A stretch of DNA of 26,536 nucleotides from a virus (Duplodnaviria; Caudoviricetes), in the IMG/VR virus record IMGVR_UViG_3300006111_000032, positions 1 to 26,536 of that record. The stretch is one strand, 5' to 3'. Under the pieces are notes generated by a model. The model saw only the letters and a list, made by a program, of their open reading frames with translations. It ran no database searches and was not told the origin of the DNA. Every line of letters begins with the position of its first letter. Within the stretch, counting starts at the first letter, position 1. Shown piece by piece: positions 17,365 through 24,570 of this stretch. Both the position numbers and the translations under genes were made by a program.

Positions 17365-17634
17365 TCAGGTAATTAACGTGGAGATCCTTCCATCGATAAA
17401 ATAGATGGCTTTGTGTCCACGACCGACTGGTGAGACCGTCACCAGATCGATTCCGTAAATCGACAGTTTTCCACGGAGCTTGCCCAACGAGGACAAAATG
17501 GACTGTCGAAAATATTCAGGTTTGACTCGAACTCTGCGGTTCATATTTTTCATAAGTTCATCAATCGTAAACTCTTGACCAGCGTGACGCTGCATGAATT
17601 CAATCAAAAGTTTTTCACGACTCGAAAATTTCAT
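17365..17634 (-). CDS. Small winged-helix DNA-binding protein
   Basis: 89 aa, FSSREKLLIEFMQRHAGQEFTIDELM...SLGKLRGKL...GRGHKAIY, resembling OmpR-type wHTH. SD GGAGG lies within the helicase 3' end. Confidence 0.7.
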   Translation of the reverse strand: MKFSSREKLLIEFMQRHAGQEFTIDELMKNMNRRVRVKPEYFRQSILSSLGKLRGKLSIYGIDLVTVSPVGRGHKAIYFIDGRISTLIT

Positions 17635-19315
17635 CGGCTTCCTCCATCATGATGAGTTTGCGGTATTCATCCAATGCGAGATCGGAAATTGATTTTTTGT
17701 CCTGAAGGTTTTTCAAGATCCGAGCGTCCGGAGCTCCTTTTGCAACGAGATCGATATAAGTGACACTTCCAGTGGTTCCGTCGCGCCATGTTCTTCCTTC
17801 AGATTGCCATCTTGCAAGACTATTGAAGCTGTTTGAATAGTAGATGTTTGTCCGACAGATACCCTGAAGGTTAAGTCCAGTACCCGCCGCCTCGGGCGAT
17901 GCCACGAGATAAGTGATGCTGCTTCCGGGATCGAGAAATGCCGTGATATGTTTTTGTCTATCATTGTTGGATGTTCCTCCATAATAGTCCACGGCTGATG
18001 GGCCAAGGGTTTTCATAACTCGTTTTATGTCTTCGTTGAAGCGGCACCAGATGATGGCCTTGCCCGAACGCTGATCCAGCACGTTCAGGAGTTCTTGGAG
18101 CCGGGGGTTGGGTAGGTCGCGAGCAATTCCGTTCTCGTCCACCGCGAAGCCGCAGGAGATCTGCTGCATCCTCGTCACGAGCGCGGCGGCATTGGGAACG
18201 GAAAGCGTGACGCCACCCGCCGTTTGTGCCATGAACGTCTGGCGCAAATCCTTCATCAATTTTTTCTGTTCATCGGAAAGCGTGAAAGGTTGCTGGACAT
18301 AAACCTTGGGCGGCAAGTCCAAAACCTCGTCGGCGTTTATTCGGAAAATATGCGGTTCAATTTTGCGATAAAATTCCTCGACGTTTTTGTGGCCCACGAT
18401 CTCGAGGCCGAACCCGTTGTCGCGCAACTGGCAATACCGCGAACGGAACGTGGTCACATAACGGTGGCCGAAAATGCGCTCGTCCAAAAATTTGAATTGG
18501 CTGAATGCGTCCACGAGGTTTTTGGCGAGCGGCGTGCCAGTCATGATCATCCTGTATTTGCACAGTGCCCCATAGCGAATTGCCATTTTGGTGCGAGAGG
18601 CCGTGATGTTTTTTATGTCTTGCGACTCATCGACGATCATGGTCGCCCGGCCCTTGGCGGCTTTCAGGAAACGCAGGATCTTTTCTTCTGCCGGGCCAGT
18701 GATCAACGCATCAATATTGATTGCGAAAATTTTCAGCCCTTTGAACCGCATCATCTCCTCGAATTCGCGTTCGCCCTTTTTGGTCTTGTTCCAGACCCAA
18801 GCCTTCCATGGCACGACATCCGACATGTGCTTCGGGATTTGCTCGTTCACCCATTGAGCGTGGACGCCGTTCTTGGCAACCAAAAGCACATGGTCCGAAA
18901 GCCCATCGCACCAACGGATGCCCATCATCGCAATTCCCGTCCAGCTTTTGCCTGTGCCGATGTCCATGAACAGGCCGAAACAGTCGGGGTATTCACCCTT
19001 TTTGAACATTTTTTCCAAAGCGCGAGTCTGGTGGGCTCTGGGCGGCGTTTTGAAGGCGAAGGTGGGTCGGGCCTCGTCGGGCGCGGAAGAGCCGCTGGTG
19101 GCCTCCCTAGGGGCCGTAGCGCCCGTCATACCCTTCACCTCGGCGAAAGGAAATACGGATTTCCAAACCTCAATGTTGTAAGGGGTGTTTTCGAACGTGA
19201 AAACTTTGCCGCTCGCCCACCGTTTCATGCCCTCGAGCCTTGGAAGCGCCCGAATCATCCGCACGTCATAATCCGATGTGGTTTTTACGCGATTGCCTTC
19301 GATCAAAAGATTCAT
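17615..19315 (-). CDS. SNF2-family (SF2) DNA helicase/ATPase
   Basis: Q-motif (PRAHQ), Walker A variant FMDIGTGKS, Walker B MIVDESQ, motif III MTGTP, KAIIWCRF, motif V AAGTGLNLQ and motif VI QSEGRTWRDG. Confidence 0.92.
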   Translation of the reverse strand: MNLLIEGNRVKTTSDYDVRMIRALPRLEGMKRWASGKVFTFENTPYNIEVWKSVFPFAEVKGMTGATAPREATSGSSAPDEARPTFAFKTPPRAHQTRALEKMFKKGEYPDCFGLFMDIGTGKSWTGIAMMGIRWCDGLSDHVLLVAKNGVHAQWVNEQIPKHMSDVVPWKAWVWNKTKKGEREFEEMMRFKGLKIFAINIDALITGPAEEKILRFLKAAKGRATMIVDESQDIKNITASRTKMAIRYGALCKYRMIMTGTPLAKNLVDAFSQFKFLDERIFGHRYVTTFRSRYCQLRDNGFGLEIVGHKNVEEFYRKIEPHIFRINADEVLDLPPKVYVQQPFTLSDEQKKLMKDLRQTFMAQTAGGVTLSVPNAAALVTRMQQISCGFAVDENGIARDLPNPRLQELLNVLDQRSGKAIIWCRFNEDIKRVMKTLGPSAVDYYGGTSNNDRQKHITAFLDPGSSITYLVASPEAAGTGLNLQGICRTNIYYSNSFNSLARWQSEGRTWRDGTTGSVTYIDLVAKGAPDARILKNLQDKKSISDLALDEYRKLIMMEEADEIFES

Positions 19316-19453
19316 TTACCGTTTCCATTCCGAACCTTAGTTCCAGCCCTTTCTCTCTCTTTAATTTCTAAAAGATAAAGAGGTAGGAACAGATGAAATA
19401 AGACTTCTGGCGGAAACGGTAAATAGCGATTTCAATGACTTACCGTTCCCGCC
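19314..19453 (-). promoter_or_regulatory. Structured intergenic element with three related repeats and nested inverted repeats upstream of the helicase
   Basis: 19314-19326 (atttaccgtttcc) is the perfect reverse complement of 19412-19424. 19409-19422 pairs with 19440-19453 (13/14, the mismatch being G-U on the - strand RNA). Inner pairs are gttcc/ggaac and ctcttta/taaagag. Confidence 0.65.
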
Positions 19454-19465
19454 GAGTTTTTTGGC

Positions 19466-20440
19466 TCAGGCGGCGAGCTGAAGGAGCTCGTCACGCACGT
19501 CGAGCTTGAGCTTTGCTTTGTCGCCGAACCATGCGTTGTAGAGTCGAGCTTCGGACTTATTTCCGGCCACGTGATCGGCCCAATGTGTCACGCCGTTGAG
19601 GACGCCCCATGCATTGCCGGGGACAGCCCCCGGAGCTTTTTTCACGGACCATAGGACCTGATCGAAGCGCTTGTCGATTGCACCCGGATCGTTCAACAGG
19701 CCACTGACCCAGTCCTTTTGGTCATTTTGACCGACGATCGTTTCCGGCATAGGCTGAAAGAACTTTGCGAGGAAACGAACTGTGTCGAACTCGGACATTT
19801 TGAGTTGGCTCAGAACCTTTGCATCGAGGCCAGCCTGAACGATTTGTTCGCGAGCGAGGCCGATCGTTTCCTTCGCGGCGGCAGCGTCAAATTTGCTAAG
19901 ATGGTTTTGCGAATAATCCGCTTCCGATCCACGGAGAGCCATGGCCATGGTGTTGGCGCAAACAACCCGAACGACCGTGGTGCGGACGGTGATCGACTTG
20001 CCGACTTCATGCGGCGAGGTGAGCAAAACATAGCCCTTGGAATGATCCGTTTTGTTCACAGTGAAGCCTTCTTGGATCGAGGCCAAGGCCCAAACCATTT
20101 TGCCCCCACGGAGCGACCCGGCGGTTTCGAGCTTTGCGCCACCAGCTTCCGTGTATTCACGGAAGAATTCGAGCGCATCCTTATTTTGGAATGGCTTCCA
20201 CATGTCGCCTGTGACCGTCATGACCTTGTTGTCGGACGAACGCACCAGAGCGCGGCGGAGCGGAAGCTTGACCATTGAGCCGTCTTCCGCTTGGGCGAAT
20301 AAAGGACGGAGCTTGACTTCCCAATCCAATCCTGCAGCGACGAGCATGTCGTCCACGGATACCGTTGGGTCGACGCGATTGCCGAGGCCATGCCAAGGAA
20401 CTGCGTTTGCAAATGCCATTGTTTCAACTTCGTGTGCCAT
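19466..20440 (-). CDS. DUF932 family protein (phage/plasmid-like protein, TIGR03299-type)
   Basis: MAHEVETMAF...PWHGLG...AGLDWEV, FQNKDALEFF, ETAGSLRGGKMVWALA, TVVRVVCANT, GNAWGVLNGVTHWADH. Confidence 0.9.
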   Translation of the reverse strand: MAHEVETMAFANAVPWHGLGNRVDPTVSVDDMLVAAGLDWEVKLRPLFAQAEDGSMVKLPLRRALVRSSDNKVMTVTGDMWKPFQNKDALEFFREYTEAGGAKLETAGSLRGGKMVWALASIQEGFTVNKTDHSKGYVLLTSPHEVGKSITVRTTVVRVVCANTMAMALRGSEADYSQNHLSKFDAAAAKETIGLAREQIVQAGLDAKVLSQLKMSEFDTVRFLAKFFQPMPETIVGQNDQKDWVSGLLNDPGAIDKRFDQVLWSVKKAPGAVPGNAWGVLNGVTHWADHVAGNKSEARLYNAWFGDKAKLKLDVRDELLQLAA

Positions 20441-20476
20441 TTTGAATTTTCCTATTTTTTACGGTGTTGGGTGAAT

Positions 20477-20497
20477 GGGCCGGGACGAACCCGGCCC
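20477..20497. other. GC-rich hairpin between early genes (no U-tract)
   Basis: The - strand reads GGGCCGGG-TTCGT-CCCGGCCC, a perfect 8-bp stem 8 nt after the stop of the 201-aa gene. Confidence 0.6.
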
Positions 20498-20504
20498 GTT
20501 GGGT

Positions 20505-21110
20505 TCAGTTTTGAATAGTGACGTTGCCTTTCATTAGGTCCCAAGCGAGGTCCTGACGGCGACCACCTGCCGCGACGAAATCTTCATACGAGATACCCGG
20601 ATTTTCCATGATGAAAGCCATGGCCTTGTATCCGAAGCCACCTTCGCGGCGTGGGTTTTCAGTCAGGCCTTCCTTCGGGAAGATCTTCACGCCAGCAAAC
20701 TCGGACTTGCGTGGAGCCTTTTCAGCCTTCGGAGCGGCACTTTTCTTCGGGGCGGCAACCTTTGCCTTCTTCAAGGTGGCAACAGTTTCCTTAACAGTTT
20801 CCTTCGGTGCAGTAGTCATAGCAGGTGTTTCCTTCTGGATTTGAATGAGCTCAGCCTTGGCTTGAGCGAGGGTGAAAATACGCTTTGCAGCAGTTTCCCG
20901 GTCAGAGAAATTTTTCACTGGCTGGGCCTTATTGTGGTGATTGTAGAACGTCACCATCTGCGACAAAGTTAAACTCTCGTTTTCGATGAGATCAGCTTCG
21001 TCGGAGAAAATCGTGAACCCATTGCCATGCTTGTTGGCGAGGGTACGGGAGGGATAGGCCTTGATTGCGCCGAATTCCTTCCCTGCGAAATGTGCGGTAA
21101 AAGTTTTCAT
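20505..21110 (-). CDS. Putative DNA-binding early protein with Lys/Ala-rich (histone-like) linker
   Basis: 201 aa, with KKAKVAAPKKSAAPKAEKAPRK and a C-terminal NPRREG...GISYEDFVAAGGRRQDLAWD domain. ATGA-coupled to the upstream gene. Confidence 0.75.
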   Translation of the reverse strand: MKTFTAHFAGKEFGAIKAYPSRTLANKHGNGFTIFSDEADLIENESLTLSQMVTFYNHHNKAQPVKNFSDRETAAKRIFTLAQAKAELIQIQKETPAMTTAPKETVKETVATLKKAKVAAPKKSAAPKAEKAPRKSEFAGVKIFPKEGLTENPRREGGFGYKAMAFIMENPGISYEDFVAAGGRRQDLAWDLMKGNVTIQN

Positions 21111-21310
21111 TGTTCGTCCTCAATGATCTCGATAAGATTTTGGATTGCTTCTTCAATGGTGGCCCCTTGGCCGTAGATCGGATCTTCGTTATCGTGATCT
21201 TCTCCAAGGATGGCTTGGTAATCCCAGTGGCGAACGGGAACTGGTGGGAAAATATGATAGACGATGATTTCTTTTCCGCCAGCGAAATGTTTGCTTGTTG
21301 CGTAGGACAT
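21107..21310 (-). CDS. Small acidic early protein
   Basis: The start is ATG 21310, after a strong SD GAGGGAGG. 67 aa ending GQGATIEEAIQNL. Confidence 0.7.
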   Translation of the reverse strand: MSYATSKHFAGGKEIIVYHIFPPVPVRHWDYQAILGEDHDNEDPIYGQGATIEEAIQNLIEIIEDEQ

Positions 21311-21321
21311 CTTTTCCTCCC

Positions 21322-21612
21322 TCAAACACGTGATTCATAGGTGACGACGACCGAAGGATCTTTTTCGATCTTGCAGGCATCGGACATCTTTTTGAACTGA
21401 GCGAGGGTAACGCCGAAAGTCGCCATGACTTTTTCTTCGGACATTTCGGTGTTTTTGCGGAGGTTGACCATGACAAGGAAGTTTTCGCCAACGATGCGGT
21501 CAGTGCCAGTGGCGACGATGTCTTTGTGAACTTCTTTGAGTTGAGCGGTGAGCGCTTCGATCTGGGTCTTGATTGCGCCGTATTGGTCAGCAAGAGCATT
21601 TACGTTCGACAT
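21322..21612 (-). CDS. Small early protein with N-terminal coiled coil
   Basis: The start is ATG 21612, after GGAG. 96 aa, ALADQYGAIKTQIEALTAQLKEV...IVGENFLV. Confidence 0.75.
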   Translation of the reverse strand: MSNVNALADQYGAIKTQIEALTAQLKEVHKDIVATGTDRIVGENFLVMVNLRKNTEMSEEKVMATFGVTLAQFKKMSDACKIEKDPSVVVTYESRV

Positions 21613-21725
21613 TTTGTTTCTCCGTTGTAGGCCCGTGTTCGAATCGGCGGACCAGCCCGATGACATCCTTATGCCCGAACTGTACAAAAAAGAAAACGAT
21701 TTTTTTCACAAAATGTCATCTTTTT
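21613..21725 (-). promoter_or_regulatory. Probable early promoter region (A/T tracts, flanking 8-bp inverted repeat)
   Basis: About 90 nt of non-coding sequence with long A and T tracts ahead of the early gene cluster. gatgacat (21659-21666) and atgtcatc (21713-21720) form an inverted repeat. No clean -35/-10 pair was identified. Confidence 0.4.
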
Positions 21726-21918
21726 TATAAGTCGTTCTTAACATTGACGAATTTAGCTGCAATCTGACCTCTGGATTGGCCCAAGTCCAGCATTCCCCGG
21801 TCAAATCTTGAAAACAAACCCAGAGCAAATGGTGCTCTGGGCCGTAATCTATGAGAAAATGGGCCATGGCCTTCCCTTTGGGGGTTTCCAGCGGGAGCGG
21901 CGGATCAATACGGATCAT
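21706..21918 (-). CDS. Conserved hypothetical phage protein
   Basis: 70 aa, IDPPLPLETPKGKAMAHFLIDYGPEHHLLWVCF...GECWTW.N. SD GGAGG upstream. Confidence 0.75.
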   Translation of the reverse strand: MIRIDPPLPLETPKGKAMAHFLIDYGPEHHLLWVCFQDLTGECWTWANPEVRLQLNSSMLRTTYKKDDIL

Positions 21919-22126
21919 GGAGCGGCCTCCTGCGTTTCACCAACGCTCTTTTAATCTTCGCCAGAAGCCCTTCCTTTTTTCCCAATCGATAGGCGACAGT
22001 GAGGAGTTCCGCTCCGTGGTAATGGACGATGATTCGGGCTTGATCAGTTCTGTGAGACACATCCCCAAAAGCATGATCCCCGTCCCGATTGCGGGACTTA
22101 AAACGATTAAAAATGAAATCATACAT
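21905..22126 (-). CDS. Hypothetical protein
   Basis: 73 aa. SD GGGAGG lies before ATG 22126, and short overlaps with both neighbours fit operon tiling. Confidence 0.5.
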   Translation of the reverse strand: MYDFIFNRFKSRNRDGDHAFGDVSHRTDQARIIVHYHGAELLTVAYRLGKKEGLLAKIKRALVKRRRPLHDPY

Positions 22127-22280
22127 TCGGATCCTCCCAATTCAGCGTGCAGTCGATGAACTCACCGGACTGATCGAATTCAACCCATCCGCCGGACTTC
22201 AAACACCGCCCCATGAGTTTCATCACTTTTTTGTAAGCCTTGCTTTTCATCCAAACTTTCGTGAACACTGTCTTTTTCAT
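22119..22280 (-). CDS. Small basic hypothetical protein
   Basis: The start is ATG 22280, after a perfect SD AAGGAGGT. 53 aa. Confidence 0.6.
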   Translation of the reverse strand: MKKTVFTKVWMKSKAYKKVMKLMGRCLKSGGWVEFDQSGEFIDCTLNWEDPNV

Positions 22281-22293
22281 CTCAACCTCCTTT

Positions 22294-24570
22294 TCACATG
22301 CTAGCATTGGCGACATCGCCGGGTTTTTTCATCATCCTCCGCAAATCATCAATGACTGCCGATTTGCGTTGAAGCGCGACTTCAGGTTCCTCTTCCGTTT
22401 TGGTCAAGCCGACCACGTTCTTTATGACCTTTAAGCTATGTTTGTTTTTCATCATATCCAGCGCCCGGCAATTCATCGCCGCGAGCTGAAGTCGACCTCC
22501 GATGAGAAACCTGTCTTCGTACCAAACGGCTCCCACCTCTTTCATCGCCTTCCGGAGCTCAAGGTCCGTGTCATAAAGCCGACCCTGAATAGAAGACCTG
22601 ACCCATTCCACAATATCCTTCATCGTGAGCACAAGCGGCTCCTCTTGGCGATTCATTGCTTCGGCGAGGATTGCGGCTTCTTGCTGACCTTCCGTCCGAG
22701 AGGCCACTATAAGCTCTTTCTTGCGCTCTGTCATCGGAGCAGGTTGGCCCTTCAAAACGTAGTCGCCATAGTTCTCGGCCCAACTCTTAATTATATTTAA
22801 GCCACCACTTTTGAGCCAGTTATGAAAACTCTCGAACTTATTGCGCGGCCATTTTTCTTCGGTGACTTCTGGATAAAACCACCGACGATCGTCCTCCTCG
22901 ATCTTCAGCGCTCGCATCGAGTTCGAGCAAGCGAACACGTGGCACCAGTTCTCGATGATGTAGGGCCGCTGGTATTTTTCATTCACCTCGACCTCTTTGT
23001 CGGTGATCGCAGACTTCAGCTTGTTGTATGCTTTCCAACTATGGCCTGAATAGATCTCATTGATCACGATGAGGCGCTTGTTGGCGAGCCAACCATTGAA
23101 CTCGGACTGAACGATCTGATTTTCAGTCGGGAAGCCCACGTTTTGCATCCCCACCAATGGGCCGAGGATGGAGCTCCCGAGCGTGGTTTTGCCCACGCCT
23201 TGGCGTTCGCTGACGAGAAGGAGCCCATACTCCATTCTGACATCCAACCGCGCAATGAGCGTTGCACACCAACGGAGCGCTTCTTTCAGCTCGCTGTCAT
23301 TCGGGAACATATAACGCATGAATTCGAGAAAAGGTTCCGCATTGCCCGGCTTGCTTTTCACATGGGTTGGGGTGTGGAGGTTGATCGCGGAGGTCGTGCT
23401 GTCCGTCACGATCTTGCCTTTTATGTCCGGACGGTAGCAAAGCTTCGCGGAGCGCCCGTTATATGCCTTCACGATCAGCTGAGACGTTTGATTCGTATTG
23501 CTGAATGCCGAAAGCATTTTGTTCATGATGTTTTCGGCTCGAATTATTTCCGGCATTTCCGTGCAAACGAAAAGGTCGGCCTCTTCGACATATGTCCACA
23601 TTTCTTTAAAATTCTTACGAAGGACGATCGATGGTTTGCCGCGAGGGTTAGGGATCTGGTCGGTCGCCCAAGTAGCAGGATGCAGACAGCTTCTGAACGA
23701 TGGACCAGTATAATACTCGCGTCCTTCCACGGTTTTGAACATAACTTTCGGAAAGTCATCGGCGAGGTCAAAGCCCTGCGGCCACTCTGAAGTAAACTGC
23801 ACGTGAAAAGTTGGTATTCTGAGATGGAAAGAGATCGCAGGAACCGCCGCAATGCCGGGCGCGTCATTATCAGATACAATGTATGCACGTTTCACCCCCA
23901 ATTTTTGAAGCATTGTCCAGTCCGTGCGGGATGGGCTCAGCGCTCCTCCGATCCAACCGATGTGCGCGGCGGCGGAAAGCTCCTCGCCCCATGGATGCGC
24001 GGCGAGCTTCTTTTTCATCTCTGGCGATTTGCCCTCGACCATTTCCCGCATGGCGCGTGCGGCTTTCGCGCCTTCATGAATGAAAACGGTCGTGTTGTTT
24101 TTCAGCTGATCAATGCCCCAAAGCGGAAGCGGCCCTTCGCTTTCCATCTTGCGCCATTGGCCATCGTCCCAATAGGTCCACGGGACATATTTCTTTTCGC
24201 CCTCGCCGAGATCGACGCGAGTTTGAAGCATGATGATTTCATCGTTCAGGTTCCGGAACTCGAACACGTTGCGTGGCGGAAGTTTTTTCACCTCATCCGG
24301 CAAATCGACCACATTTTTAAGCAAACGGATCTGGGGCCATTGAACGCTTTGGCAATCGACCTCGATGGCGAGCTTTTCTTTTTCCGTGGGAGCATAGTTG
24401 TCCGGCGCTTTCACCGTTCCGTTTTGCTCAAAAAAGATGACCGCGATGTCCTCCCAATATGGGCCTTTGTTTTCCCTCACCACCGCTGTGCGCAGAGAGC
24501 GTGGCTCGGCCCCGATCCTTTTCAAATAGGAAGCGACCGCAGGAATATCATTCAGTGACTTGATGCGCAT
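22294..24570 (-). CDS. Primase-helicase: TOPRIM domain + SF3-type (DUF5906/D5-like) helicase
   Basis: TOPRIM motifs PLWG, VFIHEGAKAA, IVSDNDAPG and FDLAD. Helicase motifs QGVGKT (Walker A), LIVINEI (Walker B), VNEKY, FACSN and DDRRW. Confidence 0.85.
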   Translation of the reverse strand: MRIKSLNDIPAVASYLKRIGAEPRSLRTAVVRENKGPYWEDIAVIFFEQNGTVKAPDNYAPTEKEKLAIEVDCQSVQWPQIRLLKNVVDLPDEVKKLPPRNVFEFRNLNDEIIMLQTRVDLGEGEKKYVPWTYWDDGQWRKMESEGPLPLWGIDQLKNNTTVFIHEGAKAARAMREMVEGKSPEMKKKLAAHPWGEELSAAAHIGWIGGALSPSRTDWTMLQKLGVKRAYIVSDNDAPGIAAVPAISFHLRIPTFHVQFTSEWPQGFDLADDFPKVMFKTVEGREYYTGPSFRSCLHPATWATDQIPNPRGKPSIVLRKNFKEMWTYVEEADLFVCTEMPEIIRAENIMNKMLSAFSNTNQTSQLIVKAYNGRSAKLCYRPDIKGKIVTDSTTSAINLHTPTHVKSKPGNAEPFLEFMRYMFPNDSELKEALRWCATLIARLDVRMEYGLLLVSERQGVGKTTLGSSILGPLVGMQNVGFPTENQIVQSEFNGWLANKRLIVINEIYSGHSWKAYNKLKSAITDKEVEVNEKYQRPYIIENWCHVFACSNSMRALKIEEDDRRWFYPEVTEEKWPRNKFESFHNWLKSGGLNIIKSWAENYGDYVLKGQPAPMTERKKELIVASRTEGQQEAAILAEAMNRQEEPLVLTMKDIVEWVRSSIQGRLYDTDLELRKAMKEVGAVWYEDRFLIGGRLQLAAMNCRALDMMKNKHSLKVIKNVVGLTKTEEEPEVALQRKSAVIDDLRRMMKKPGDVANASM

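Noticed and set aside
18224-19378. 384-aa + strand ORF opposite the helicase
   Set aside because: Antisense shadow of a well-supported SNF2 gene with biased codons; no recognisable motifs.
21630-21660. GTTCGAATC resembling a tRNA T-loop
   Set aside because: No T-stem pairing, acceptor stem or anticodon arm could be built around it.
21937-22140. Alternative 67-aa ORF with a hydrophobic N-terminus
   Set aside because: It competes with 21905-22126, which has better SD spacing and tiles with both neighbours. Not fully excluded.
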